A stretch of 64,000 bases of DNA from an uncultured Candidatus Saccharibacteria bacterium (GTDB lineage: Bacteria > Patescibacteriota > Minisyncoccia > Phycocordibacterales > UBA9973): NCBI GenBank assembly GCA_964456475.1, contig CAYVZI010000006.1, positions 7,074 to 71,073 of the forward strand, written 5' to 3'. The number at the start of each line of letters is the position of its first letter. The first letter of the stretch is position 1. Of this stretch, positions 50,325 to 60,465 are shown piece by piece. The translations under genes and the position numbers were made by a program. The notes below the pieces were generated by a model, which had not been told where the DNA came from, ran no database searches, and saw nothing but the letters and a program-made list of their open reading frames with translations.

Positions 50325-52169
50325 TTAACGCACCGTCCAGCCCTTATTTTGCAAGGCTTTTGTGATGTTTTCCATTACCCCGGTCACATCTGCATCAGCG
50401 AGCGTTCGTTCATGGGATTGGAATACAAGTCGGACCGCGAGAGATGTTTTTTCATCCTTAGTGAATTGATCAAAAAGTTGTGGTTCACGAATAAGGAGTG
50501 CCGTTCCCTCTTTTTTACAAAGGTCGATAAGTTCATCCGCATTTGTTCCTACTGGGACCCAAACTGCAACGTCGCGAGAAATAAATGGATACTGACTCCA
50601 TGGCGTGAATTTTTTATCTCTCACCACTATGTCATTCCGGACTTGATCCGGGATCCATGATGAAATTTCTTTCGTGAATTCTTCAAGCGTCGCTTCAACA
50701 ACCCCCTTCTTATCAGCATACGCAATATGAATTTCTTCCCTAAACGCGTTAGCGTCGGGCGATCCAGCTTCACTGGATTTAGCCACACCAGCTTCGGGAA
50801 ACACAGTCCCAATTTCAAAAATTTTTGTTTCGTCATTACCAAGTAGTGGTGCATTCAAGCGATTGAGTTCATATGAATCCTTGAGTCCGTCGGCAAGATT
50901 CGTTCGGAGAAATTCTTTGCCTTTTGCACCGCGCGAGACTTCCACCTTTCCCTTTTTGGTAAATGTATACGTCATCACTTCACTATAGCCATCGCTGAGC
51001 AACTTCTCGCGTGCTGCACTCACACGTGCTTGCGTATCATTTGCCTTCGATTCAAATGCAATTTTCGGAATAGTTGGAACTACTTTGTCATACCCCATAA
51101 TGCGTCCAATTTCTTCTACCATATCGTGAGGACCAGTGAGGTCGAGTCGCCATGCAGGTACGGTGATGCGAATCTGACTATTGTCGATTGCATATTCAAA
51201 TGCGTAGCGTTTCAAAATATCTTCAATATCAAGGAGTGAAATTTCCATACCAAGCTTCTTGCTTACATCACTCACAGAAAATTCCAAGGTTTGTACTTCT
51301 TGTGGACTCGGATACACGTCAACAACATCTTCAAACTGCGCCTCGGGACACATTTCGAGAATAAGCGCGGAAAGTTCGCGCATGGCATACGGAGCAAGTT
51401 CGGGTGTAAGATCATTTTCAAAACGCTTTGCCGCATCAGAAATAAGACCAAGGCGTCGCGCGGTGCGACGCACAGATGTAGGATCGAAGTTCGCCACCTC
51501 AAGTATGATCTCTGTTGTATCATCTGAAATTCCAGAATTCGTTCCACCTTTCACGCCGGCGATCGCGAGCGATTTCTGACCATCAGTGATCATCATGTCG
51601 ACCTCCTTGAGTTTGGCGACAATCTTTTCTCCTCCGACGGTTTCAAATTCCTCACCATCTTTTGCGGAACCAATCACAATTTTTTCTCCGGCGAGTTTCT
51701 TGAGGTCGAATGCGTGTGTTGGCTGACCAGTGTTCCAAAGCACGATGTTCGTTGCATCAACAATATTGTTAATTGATTTCTGTCCAATCGATTCAAGATG
51801 CTTCACTACCCATTCCGGAGAAGGACCAACCTTTACTCCTCGAACGATGCGTCCCATATAACGACGGCAAGCAGGATTTGCAATTTCAATCGCAAGATTT
51901 CCAGGCTTCGATTCAGGAATTTTATACATCGGCGTTGGATCAACGTATTTGATGCCAAGCTGACCCGAAAGTTCACGAGCAACACCAAGATGACCTAGCA
52001 AATCATGTGCTCGATTTGGAAGAATGTTCAAATCATAAAGTGTGTCTCCATCAGGAAGCGTATCAACCGACTCAACTTCGCAGAGATGCAGAGTAAAAAC
52101 ATCTGCCAGTTTTTCTGCAGTTGAAATTTCAGGAACATACCATTTGAGCCAGTTATATGAGATTTTCAT
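50325..52169 (-). CDS. pheT: phenylalanyl-tRNA synthetase beta subunit (compact form)
   Basis: MKISYNWL, PNRAHD, INNIVDATN, AIAGVKGG, EEIGRIMGY, C-terminal FDX-ACB domain. Confidence 0.93.
   Translation of the reverse strand: MKISYNWLKWYVPEISTAEKLADVFTLHLCEVESVDTLPDGDTLYDLNILPNRAHDLLGHLGVARELSGQLGIKYVDPTPMYKIPESKPGNLAIEIANPACRRYMGRIVRGVKVGPSPEWVVKHLESIGQKSINNIVDATNIVLWNTGQPTHAFDLKKLAGEKIVIGSAKDGEEFETVGGEKIVAKLKEVDMMITDGQKSLAIAGVKGGTNSGISDDTTEIILEVANFDPTSVRRTARRLGLISDAAKRFENDLTPELAPYAMRELSALILEMCPEAQFEDVVDVYPSPQEVQTLEFSVSDVSKKLGMEISLLDIEDILKRYAFEYAIDNSQIRITVPAWRLDLTGPHDMVEEIGRIMGYDKVVPTIPKIAFESKANDTQARVSAAREKLLSDGYSEVMTYTFTKKGKVEVSRGAKGKEFLRTNLADGLKDSYELNRLNAPLLGNDETKIFEIGTVFPEAGVAKSSEAGSPDANAFREEIHIAYADKKGVVEATLEEFTKEISSWIPDQVRNDIVVRDKKFTPWSQYPFISRDVAVWVPVGTNADELIDLCKKEGTALLIREPQLFDQFTKDEKTSLAVRLVFQSHERTLADADVTGVMENITKALQNKGWTVR
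50631..50657. repeat. REP-like palindrome (GTCAT family) inside the pheT coding sequence
   Basis: gtcattccggacttgatccgggatcca, 26/27 identical to 9401-9427; encodes WIPDQVRND. Confidence 0.85.
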
Positions 52170-52495
52170 TTTATTTTAGTTATTTTCTTTGTTACCGAAC
52201 CAACAAACAATCTAAATGCTGGGCGTTTTTCTTTCTCATAAATGTAAGGTATACCAAGGACTGATTTACATTTGTCACAAATTAATTGGGAAATCTCTTT
52301 AACTGTAAAACTTTCAAGTCCTGCCCACTTTTTTGAATTTGAAATTCTATCTAGATAAGTTCTTTTTAAAATACCTGGGCCGTCTTTTTGATATGAAAAA
52401 ATATAATTTCCACATTTTTCACAACAAATTTCAAGAAGTCTTGAATATCCACCACGTGTTTTTTTATATTTATCATTCTTAAAAACTTTTTTCAT
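52166..52495 (-). CDS. small Zn-binding hypothetical protein
   Basis: CEKC and CDKC pairs; lies between pheS and pheT. Confidence 0.65.
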   Translation of the reverse strand: MKKVFKNDKYKKTRGGYSRLLEICCEKCGNYIFSYQKDGPGILKRTYLDRISNSKKWAGLESFTVKEISQLICDKCKSVLGIPYIYEKEKRPAFRLFVGSVTKKITKIK

Positions 52496-52498
52496 AAA

Positions 52499-53206
52499 TC
52501 AGAATTGATTGAGACGCAAATCACCTTGATAAAACAGTCGCACATCAGGAACATTCCATTTGATCATCGCAATGCGATCGAGTCCGCCTCCGAATGCAAA
52601 TCCTTGCACTTTCTCAGGATCAAATCCTGCATTTTTCAAAACTTGTGGATGCAACATTCCCCCTCCCATCATTTCTAGCCATTTGCCTTTGAATTTAGCA
52701 TGCACTTCCACTGACGGCTCTGTAAATGGAAAGAAGCTCGGGCGAAACTCAATTTCAGAATCTTCGCCAAGTAATGTTTTGTAAAGTTGAGTGAGCACAC
52801 CTTTCATATGAGCAAGTGTGATATTTTCTCCGATCATACATCCATCGATCTGGAAGAATTGCATCTCGTGCGTAATGTCTGTCGCTTCGTTGCGAAAAAC
52901 TTTTCCGATTGAAATGTATGCGGATGAAACGCGATTGGTTTTTGCAGACTGCTCGAGCATACGAGCAGTCACACTTGTCGCATGTGTTCGAAGTACTTGC
53001 CCTTCAGCGCCTTTGATCCAAAAAGTGTCTTGCATGTCGCGGGCTGGGTGGTCTTTTGCCACATTCAAAGCGTCGAAATTGTACCATTCAGTCTCAAGCT
53101 CGGGGCCGGTCGCAACCTCAAAGCCAAGGTCAGTAAAGACCTTGTATGCCTCATTTTGGAGCTGTGAGAGCGGGTGTTCAGTGCCTTGAATTGGTTGCTT
53201 TTCCAT
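52499..53206 (-). CDS. pheS: phenylalanyl-tRNA synthetase alpha subunit (no N-terminal coiled coil)
   Basis: NFDALN, HPARDMQDTF, FRPSFFPFTEPS, GFAFGGGLDR. Confidence 0.95.
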   Translation of the reverse strand: MEKQPIQGTEHPLSQLQNEAYKVFTDLGFEVATGPELETEWYNFDALNVAKDHPARDMQDTFWIKGAEGQVLRTHATSVTARMLEQSAKTNRVSSAYISIGKVFRNEATDITHEMQFFQIDGCMIGENITLAHMKGVLTQLYKTLLGEDSEIEFRPSFFPFTEPSVEVHAKFKGKWLEMMGGGMLHPQVLKNAGFDPEKVQGFAFGGGLDRIAMIKWNVPDVRLFYQGDLRLNQF

Positions 53207-53229
53207 AGTTCCATACTACAATAGAGGTC

Positions 53230-53346
53230 ATGAAAAAGCTACGGATAATAACCTTTGTTTTGTTCGTTCTAACCCTTGCCACAGCCTTCTATTTAGGCTG
53301 GTCTGACAACGGCCCAAACCTCAACTTTTGGCCGTTTTTGAAATAA
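53230..53346 (+). CDS. putative 38-aa membrane peptide
   Basis: MKKLRIITFVLFVLTLATAFYLGWSDNGPNLNFWPFLK, preceded by AGAGG; below the ORF-track cutoff. Confidence 0.4.
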   Translation: MKKLRIITFVLFVLTLATAFYLGWSDNGPNLNFWPFLK

Positions 53347-53398
53347 TAAGTTTTGATTTTTTATATAATTGTGGTAATAATAGTGAAAATCATTTGCC

Positions 53399-53617
53399 AT
53401 GAAAGTATGTAGAGTTACCAGCGAAGTAGTTGACGGTAAGCTAAAGTTTACGATCGTCGAACCAGTTCATGAAGTTTCACTCAGTGAGATAATTAAAACC
53501 GAAGAATACCAAAGAGGGTTACGGAATATTGAATATATCAAAAAACTGACGAGCGACGTCCAAAGATATTACCCTCGCTCTCAACAAGGAATAAGATTAC
53601 ACGATGATTTTTCTTAA
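53399..53617 (+). CDS. small hypothetical protein
   Basis: 72-aa ORF preceded by a TGgTAATAAT -10-like sequence. Confidence 0.45.
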   Translation: MKVCRVTSEVVDGKLKFTIVEPVHEVSLSEIIKTEEYQRGLRNIEYIKKLTSDVQRYYPRSQQGIRLHDDFS

Positions 53618-53659
53618 TTAATCCTTAAAGCAAGAAGTTAAGCATTTGCTTAACTTTTT

Positions 53660-56635
53660 TTATTTATACAAAAGTTTCGCCTTTGCACAATATTCACACT
53701 CCTGATTTTTGCCATAGAGTTTGGCTTCGCATGGACGTTTGGTCCAGTCACCACTTCGAATAAACTCGTCGTAGTCAGCGATATCTTTTTTCAGCAACTC
53801 AATCTGATCACCATTGATTGAGGTTTGATAGATTGAGTCTTTATCTCCCGGTTTGCTTTCAATAAAAAGTAGTTTTGACGAACTCACTTCTGTTCCCTTC
53901 TCGGCGTTTTCGATAAGATATGTATACATTGCGAGCTGACGAAGAAGCGAACTCATTCTTCCTTCATCACCTTCGGATTTCTCAATAGCACTTTTTGTTT
54001 TTGCACTACCGGTTTTAAAATCGCTCACAATCACAACACGGTCTTCTTCGCGTTCTGTCATGTCGATTTTTCCATAGCACGTAAGATGCGGAAGTTTAGG
54101 ATCGCGATAGGTCACCGAGCGTTCGGATTGTGCATCTTCTGCAATCCCAGGAAGATACGTTTTGTTGAAATTATCCAAAATCTTTTTGGTTTCTTTTGCG
54201 ATTCGTTGCAACAATTTTTCGTCAGAAATATATTCTCGTTCCAAACAATTTTGAATTACAGAATCGAGAATTTTTGGCTGAATATCCTCGCGATTTTTGA
54301 GCATATATTCAATACCGGCATGCACAGCAGACCCGAGCAAAAGACTCTCCGTCTTTTGCTCGGGTAATTGCAACAAATTACGAAAATACCATTTCCACGG
54401 ACATTCAAAAAAGTTATTGAGTAGTGTCACAGTCACATTCACCTTTGGATATTCTTCAGCAACGACAGTCGTAAGTTCTTCCATACTACTTCCAGTTGGT
54501 GTTTCTTTTCGTTCTACAAACATTACTGGATTATCAGCCAGCAATTCTTTCTCTGTCTCTGCAAGTGTTTTACGGTCGACAAGAATATCGGGCAAGTCGG
54601 CAAGAATTCGCGCCGGCTCGAGCTCGGCTCCAGTATATGCATGACGTGGGTATGAGAGTGTACAAGTCTCCCGTGCGCGTGTGATAGCCACATAGAGCTC
54701 ACGACGAGCCACGATTTCGTTCTTGGCTTCTATGAGCGTGTCGACAGATTCCGGCAAGGTAAATCCGAGTCGGTGACCCTTCATGAGTGAAGCTTCATCG
54801 AGATGCGCAATGTAGACGTGTTTCCACTCCAAACCTTTTGATCCATGGAGTGTGAGTACTCGCACGCCGAGATCGGCCGAGAATACGGCAAGTGGAATTT
54901 CATGTCCATAGTCTTCGAGTCGGTCGAGATAGAGCAAAAATTCTTTGACCGTGAAGTACGCATTCTTTTCCATCTGTGCTTCGACAAGATGAATGAAAGT
55001 ACGAATGATTTCGACACGACGAATCAATCGCTCATGATCGGTCGGATTTTTGAAAAATAGTTCTTCACCGATTTCTTGAATCAAACTATGGAGTCCGAGA
55101 GTGCTCGAAACTTCTAAGAATCGTGATAGTTGTGCACCAAGCCCTGCAATTGAATCGGTCGGAAGTCGTGAAGCTCCATAGCTTGTGAGTGTTTCGAGCA
55201 TGAGCTTGCGGGTGCCAACTTCACGCAAAAATTTGTGTGTCGTAAGTGGCGGTATACCAATCGCTGGATCGAGCATGAGACTTGCGAGTGCCACATTGTC
55301 GTATGGATCGACGATCACTTTCAAAATATCGCGAATGGTTTTGGTCTCTGGTGCGGTAAAAAATGAGACTGTTCCAGATGCAGATACTGGAATTCCCTGA
55401 TCTTTGAGAATTGCGACCGCGCTACGAACATGGTGATTTTTGGGTACAAGAATTGCACATTCCTCCGGCGCAAAATTATTTTTTTGAATATCACGCGCGA
55501 TAGCAATGATTTCATCGCGAGGATAATCGCATTCGCGAATAAGTAATTTTTGCTCTTCTCCATTTGAATTACTCTTGAGTTTTCCTTCGGCGAGTTTACT
55601 CTTAAGGAGTGTATCGGCACTGTCGAGAATAGTTTGAGTCGAGCGATAGTTTTCGATGAGCGTAATTTCTTTTGCAGAACCGAACGAACTGCGAAATTTT
55701 GTAAAATGTTCAAACGAGCTACCAGCAAACCCGTAGATAAGCTGTCGGTCATCTCCCACCACAAAAATATTGGGTCGCTCCGTTCCCTTCCATACTGCTT
55801 CAAGAAACGCATTCTGCACACCAGAACTATCTTGATGTTCATCCACGAGTACATAGAGATATGCCTCGCGAATATCAGCACGCACATCTTCGGAGATTTG
55901 TGCGAGCTTCACCGCGTACGCAAGCACATCGTCATAGTCCATGAGTGCACGTTCGATTTTTGTCTGTTCGTACACTTCGTAAAATCGCACGACTTCACGC
56001 GTACGTTCGAGTGCTTCAATCTCCTTGATTGATTCCATCTTGAGTTCACCTTTGCGAGCACCGCGAGATGAAATATTGTCGGGATTACTTTTAATACGAT
56101 CGATTTCTTGATCGACCTGCTCGAGGAATTTTTCCGGAGTAAGTCCTTCGCGTTTGAGAAGCGAGACGAGCGATTTGAGATCGCCGAAATACCGCGCCAC
56201 ATCTCCGCGTGGACGAATGTACTGCCATTCATGTGTCTCGAGAATTTCATCCACAAGAGCAACGGCTTCGGTGTCAGCAATGAGCTCGGGTCGAGTTTCA
56301 AAATCGAGTAAGGCAAAATGCTTTTCGATGATATTGATTGCGAAACGGTGGAATGTGGCAATGTAAACTTCGCTCGCAGTTGCGCCAATGAGTTTGAGAA
56401 GGCGTTCGCGCATGGCGCTAACGCCTGCATTGGTGAATGTCAGACACAGCACTCCCGAGGCTGGCGTATCCGTCTTGTCCAAGATATTCGCAATACGAAG
56501 CGTAAGCACTTGCGTCTTCCCCGTTCCCGGCCCGGCCACCACCATTACTGGACCGTCCAAAGAATCCACCGCATCTTTCTGAGCAGGATTGAGTTTTTTG
56601 TATTCGGTTTCAAATTGTTGATTATGATTTTGCAT
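53660..56635 (-). CDS. UvrD/PcrA-family helicase with a C-terminal PD-(D/E)XK nuclease domain
   Basis: AGPGTGKT, LVDEHQD, VGDDRQ, ENYRS, TLHGSKGLE, YVAITRA, then GKID...DFKTG and a Cys cluster. Confidence 0.92.
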   Translation of the reverse strand: MQNHNQQFETEYKKLNPAQKDAVDSLDGPVMVVAGPGTGKTQVLTLRIANILDKTDTPASGVLCLTFTNAGVSAMRERLLKLIGATASEVYIATFHRFAINIIEKHFALLDFETRPELIADTEAVALVDEILETHEWQYIRPRGDVARYFGDLKSLVSLLKREGLTPEKFLEQVDQEIDRIKSNPDNISSRGARKGELKMESIKEIEALERTREVVRFYEVYEQTKIERALMDYDDVLAYAVKLAQISEDVRADIREAYLYVLVDEHQDSSGVQNAFLEAVWKGTERPNIFVVGDDRQLIYGFAGSSFEHFTKFRSSFGSAKEITLIENYRSTQTILDSADTLLKSKLAEGKLKSNSNGEEQKLLIRECDYPRDEIIAIARDIQKNNFAPEECAILVPKNHHVRSAVAILKDQGIPVSASGTVSFFTAPETKTIRDILKVIVDPYDNVALASLMLDPAIGIPPLTTHKFLREVGTRKLMLETLTSYGASRLPTDSIAGLGAQLSRFLEVSSTLGLHSLIQEIGEELFFKNPTDHERLIRRVEIIRTFIHLVEAQMEKNAYFTVKEFLLYLDRLEDYGHEIPLAVFSADLGVRVLTLHGSKGLEWKHVYIAHLDEASLMKGHRLGFTLPESVDTLIEAKNEIVARRELYVAITRARETCTLSYPRHAYTGAELEPARILADLPDILVDRKTLAETEKELLADNPVMFVERKETPTGSSMEELTTVVAEEYPKVNVTVTLLNNFFECPWKWYFRNLLQLPEQKTESLLLGSAVHAGIEYMLKNREDIQPKILDSVIQNCLEREYISDEKLLQRIAKETKKILDNFNKTYLPGIAEDAQSERSVTYRDPKLPHLTCYGKIDMTEREEDRVVIVSDFKTGSAKTKSAIEKSEGDEGRMSSLLRQLAMYTYLIENAEKGTEVSSSKLLFIESKPGDKDSIYQTSINGDQIELLKKDIADYDEFIRSGDWTKRPCEAKLYGKNQECEYCAKAKLLYK

Positions 56636-57269
56636 GAGGGCCTTTTTCTGCAAGTTCAGCAAGAAATGATTCAATAAATTTATCCACGGTTTTTGTCATC
56701 AAAATCTTTTCTTCAATCTCTAAACCATCATAGATAACTGACCGGTCATCCTGCTCTTTTGTCATTAGTTTAATTTGTTCAACCAAATTCTCAGTTTTTT
56801 GAGAAAACACTCCGGGAAAATCATCAGAAATATATTCAAACTGGGCTGGTAGATTGAGAAATCTATTTTTCTTCAGTTTATTGTAATGATACATTTTCCA
56901 AAGTTCATCATATTTTTTTTGATTATCAGTATTCTCTGAATTTTTTGAAAGCTCCTTAAGTCTATTACCGTATTTATCCAATATGTACTTCATATCAGTA
57001 TGCATCGAGTAGACAATGATTGGATTTTTCCAATACTTAATCATTTCTTCAATAAACAATTCATTTCCCTTCAAATCAAGCAAAGAAAGCTGTTGTTCTA
57101 TCTCAGAAATCTTCTCAAGTGTTTCCTTTGGCATCTCAATACACTGCTCAATTTTCATCGGGTTTCCTTTGTCATCTAAAATATGCTGTGCGTCCAACTC
57201 CCGCTGCATAGCGATTTGCAATGGAGAAATTGGGTGTTCCTGTTGAGATGAAATTAGTATTGATTCCAT
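56622..57269 (-). CDS. hypothetical protein
   Basis: 215-aa AT-rich ORF within the operon. Confidence 0.6.
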   Translation of the reverse strand: MESILISSQQEHPISPLQIAMQRELDAQHILDDKGNPMKIEQCIEMPKETLEKISEIEQQLSLLDLKGNELFIEEMIKYWKNPIIVYSMHTDMKYILDKYGNRLKELSKNSENTDNQKKYDELWKMYHYNKLKKNRFLNLPAQFEYISDDFPGVFSQKTENLVEQIKLMTKEQDDRSVIYDGLEIEEKILMTKTVDKFIESFLAELAEKGPHAKS

Positions 57270-57279
57270 ATGATTTTAA

Positions 57280-58581
57280 CTATGCAAGCAGAGCGTCCCC
57301 TATTTTATAAGCTTCTCCTGCTCCCATTGTAACAAATACATCATCAGTACCGAGATTTTGATTTTTGAAAAATGCTTCAGCTTCTTCAAAGCTCGCAAAC
57401 GCCTTTGTTCCAGGCACATTCTTCACCACTGCGTCTGCAAGAATTTCTGACGACACAGTCGGATCTGGTACTTCACGAGCAAAATAAATCGGCAAGAAAT
57501 ATACTGCGTCAGCCTCATTGAATGCAGTGGTAAATTCATCAAACAACGCTTTCGTGCGTGAATACAAATGGGGCTGGAATAAAACGATTATCTTTTTTGT
57601 TCCTTTTGGATAGAGTTCACGGAGTCCTTCCAAACTTGCACGAACCTCGGTGGGATTGTGCGCATAGTCATCGTATACGACCACGCCATTTTTTGTGGTT
57701 CCCTTATTTTCAAGCCGGCGCCAAGTGCCAGAAAATTGTGCGATTGCTTTCTCCGCTTCGTCACTTTCAATGCCAATATATTCCGCTACAGCAAGCGCAC
57801 AAGCGGCATCTTTGCGATTGTGAACTCCAGGCACGAGAAGGTGTGGAACTTTGTCCATGTATTTCGTCCAGTCGATTATTGTAATATTCAAATCCTTAAT
57901 CACGCGTTCTACAGATGGATCGTTTGGATCGCATACGATCGCGCTTCCCGTCTGCATCGCCATCTCGGTAAACGCATGCTCGATATCGGCAAGATCTTTG
58001 TAGTAGTCGAGATGGTCTTCATCAATGTTTGTGATCACCAAAACCTTTGGCTCGATATTAAGAAACGAACGCTCATACTCGCACGCTTCCACAACGAAGT
58101 AGTCACTCTTGCCTACGATAAAATTCGATTTATATTCTTTAATGAGACTGCCAACAATCACCGATGGATCCTTCTTCGCCTCGATCAAAATCTTAGCAAT
58201 CATCGCCGTCGTTGTCGTCTTGCCATGCGTACCCGAAACTGCAATTGTATATTTTCCCGCAGTCACGATATGGAGCATCTCAGGATAGCTCTTTGCAGGA
58301 ATTCCAGATAAGAAAATCTTCTCCATAAGCGCAGGGTCATAATGCTTGATGGCAATCGTATATACAATCAAATCTGCATCAGTCGGGATCAAGTCAAAAT
58401 TCTGCCCAACAGTGATATTTGCACCAAGTTCACTAAGCTCATGAGTAATTTCCCCACTCGACATATCAGAGCCATATATTTCCTTCCCTTCCAAAAGCAT
58501 CATGCGTGCAATCGCCGAAATACCGATACCTCCAATACCGACAAAAAAAACTTTTTTGATTTTTTGTAAATCTAAATCCAT
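57280..58581 (-). CDS. murC: UDP-N-acetylmuramate--L-alanine ligase
   Basis: GIGGIGIS, GTHGKTTT, EACEY, TNIDEDHLD, DDYAHNPTE, FQPH. Confidence 0.95.
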   Translation of the reverse strand: MDLDLQKIKKVFFVGIGGIGISAIARMMLLEGKEIYGSDMSSGEITHELSELGANITVGQNFDLIPTDADLIVYTIAIKHYDPALMEKIFLSGIPAKSYPEMLHIVTAGKYTIAVSGTHGKTTTTAMIAKILIEAKKDPSVIVGSLIKEYKSNFIVGKSDYFVVEACEYERSFLNIEPKVLVITNIDEDHLDYYKDLADIEHAFTEMAMQTGSAIVCDPNDPSVERVIKDLNITIIDWTKYMDKVPHLLVPGVHNRKDAACALAVAEYIGIESDEAEKAIAQFSGTWRRLENKGTTKNGVVVYDDYAHNPTEVRASLEGLRELYPKGTKKIIVLFQPHLYSRTKALFDEFTTAFNEADAVYFLPIYFAREVPDPTVSSEILADAVVKNVPGTKAFASFEEAEAFFKNQNLGTDDVFVTMGAGEAYKIGDALLA

Positions 58582-59144
58582 AATTTTTTAATTAATTCTT
58601 CTTGAACTTTTTTAACATCTTCTTCAGAAGTAATAGTAAAAAATTCATCAAACTGAGCAGAGTCAGGGGGCTGCATTCGATTTCGTTGTTTAATAATTAA
58701 ATCTTTAAAATCTTTAGATAGCCGAAGAACATTCGTTGACCTACTGGATTTTTCGATTCTTTGAATGAGTAATTCTTCTGGAAAATCAAAATACACTCCT
58801 ATAACTCGATAGTTGAACTTTTTACATAATTCAAGCACTAACTCACGGCCCTTAATCCACATATTTGAATTAGAAAGAATAACTGGCTTTCCTAATGATA
58901 GAGCAAACTCAACAAACAGCAGGAAGGCTTGAAATTTTAATGCTATTTTTTCAAAAGTACCAGTATGTTCCTTGTCGTCATTTTCCCGCAATTTAGGAAA
59001 CTGTTCTTTCATGAAAAGTGCGATTGGGTCTGCTTCAAGCACAATAAGGTTTTGAACTTTGCCTTCTATTTCTTTGGCAAAAGTAGTTTTTCCAGAATGG
59101 GTTTTGCCTATTAGCATTATCAAGATTTTCTGTGAATTTTCCAT
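58572..59144 (-). CDS. P-loop kinase-like protein
   Basis: LIGKTHSGKTT Walker A; AT-rich. Confidence 0.7.
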   Translation of the reverse strand: MENSQKILIMLIGKTHSGKTTFAKEIEGKVQNLIVLEADPIALFMKEQFPKLRENDDKEHTGTFEKIALKFQAFLLFVEFALSLGKPVILSNSNMWIKGRELVLELCKKFNYRVIGVYFDFPEELLIQRIEKSSRSTNVLRLSKDFKDLIIKQRNRMQPPDSAQFDEFFTITSEEDVKKVQEELIKKLWI

Positions 59145-59145
59145 G

Positions 59146-60447
59146 CTATTTTATCTTCTTCACTAATTTCAAAAACTGATCGTTTCGATCATACTCGTTC
59201 ACAAACAATCCAAAGGATGCAAATGCTGGAGAAAAGAGCACGACATCACCTTTACTTGCCGAAGCAATCGCAGTATCGACTGCATCCTTCAAAGATTCGG
59301 CTCGGTAAAAATCTAGATTTTCAATCTTGTCAGTACCAGTTCCAGGAAGAAGAATAACCGTATGAGCATATGCTACTGCAGTTTTTAGAAGTTCGGCGGT
59401 ATCGAGATTTTTGTCTGCCCCACCCATGATAAGTACAATCTGCTTTTTTGGAAAAGATTTCAATCCGGCAATTGTAGCTTCCGGCGTGGTTGAATTGTTG
59501 TCGTTATAGATCTGTACTCCACGAACAGTTTTTACAAGCTGGAGTCGTCCTTCGACAGCTTTGAAGCTTTCTACTCCTTCTTTGATCTTGGCGAGTGGAA
59601 TCTTGAGTGCCTGCACTGCTTGTATCGCAAGTGCGATATTTGCGCGATTATGTTCTCCAGGAAGGGAGAGCTTCCAAGATTTTGGTACTTCTCCTTGCGA
59701 AATGATTTTTCCTTTAAATGACTTTGGAATTTTCTTAAGAACACTCTCGCCAGCAACGAGCACGTCACCGTTTCTTTGATATTTGAAAATGAATGCCTTG
59801 TCTGCAAAATAATCCTTGAGATTATTTTTGTAGTAATTCATATGATCCGGCATGAAGTTGGTAAACACGGAAACGTTTGGCGAAATTTTTTGTTCACCGA
59901 ATCCCTGGAGTTGCCAACTCGAAAGCTCGAGTACGACATAGTCGCCGGATTTAATTTTTGGCAAAAGTGAAAGTGTTGCCACTCCACGAATATTTCCGCC
60001 GAGATGTACGCGCTTTCCTGCTTTCTTCAGAATATGATAAATGAGTGATGTGACTGTGGTCTTTCCGCGAGTTCCCGTGATTCCAATTACTTTTACATTT
60101 TTTGGAAGAAGAGAAACGAGCAGTTCATCATCCATGCGAATCGGAATGTTATTTTTTCGCGCTTCAGTAATATAGATCGAATCAAGTGGCACACCCTGTG
60201 CCTTGAGCACCATGTCGCAATTTTGAAAATCACTCAAGTCGTGACGACCGAGTACAAATCGAACATTTTTGTATTTTTTAAGCTGTGCCACTGATGAAGC
60301 AAGCGCCTTGGCATCCTTAAGGTCTGTAACGGTCACCTGAGCTCCACAACGCGCCAAAAAAGCCGTATCACCGAGCCCTTTACCGAGAAGGCCAAGTCCG
60401 AGCACGGTCACCTTTTTGCCCTTAAAATAAGCTTTGTAGTCCTGCAT
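59146..60447 (-). CDS. murD: UDP-N-acetylmuramoyl-L-alanine--D-glutamate ligase
   Basis: GITGTRGKTT, GGNI, ELSSWQL, PDHMNY, FSPAFASF. Confidence 0.95.
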   Translation of the reverse strand: MQDYKAYFKGKKVTVLGLGLLGKGLGDTAFLARCGAQVTVTDLKDAKALASSVAQLKKYKNVRFVLGRHDLSDFQNCDMVLKAQGVPLDSIYITEARKNNIPIRMDDELLVSLLPKNVKVIGITGTRGKTTVTSLIYHILKKAGKRVHLGGNIRGVATLSLLPKIKSGDYVVLELSSWQLQGFGEQKISPNVSVFTNFMPDHMNYYKNNLKDYFADKAFIFKYQRNGDVLVAGESVLKKIPKSFKGKIISQGEVPKSWKLSLPGEHNRANIALAIQAVQALKIPLAKIKEGVESFKAVEGRLQLVKTVRGVQIYNDNNSTTPEATIAGLKSFPKKQIVLIMGGADKNLDTAELLKTAVAYAHTVILLPGTGTDKIENLDFYRAESLKDAVDTAIASASKGDVVLFSPAFASFGLFVNEYDRNDQFLKLVKKIK

Positions 60448-60465
60448 AAAAACATCTTACCATAT

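Noticed and set aside
2139-60000. Numerous 60-230-aa ORFs antisense to or frameshifted within housekeeping genes
   Set aside because: Shadow ORFs expected from codon bias in long genes; no motifs.
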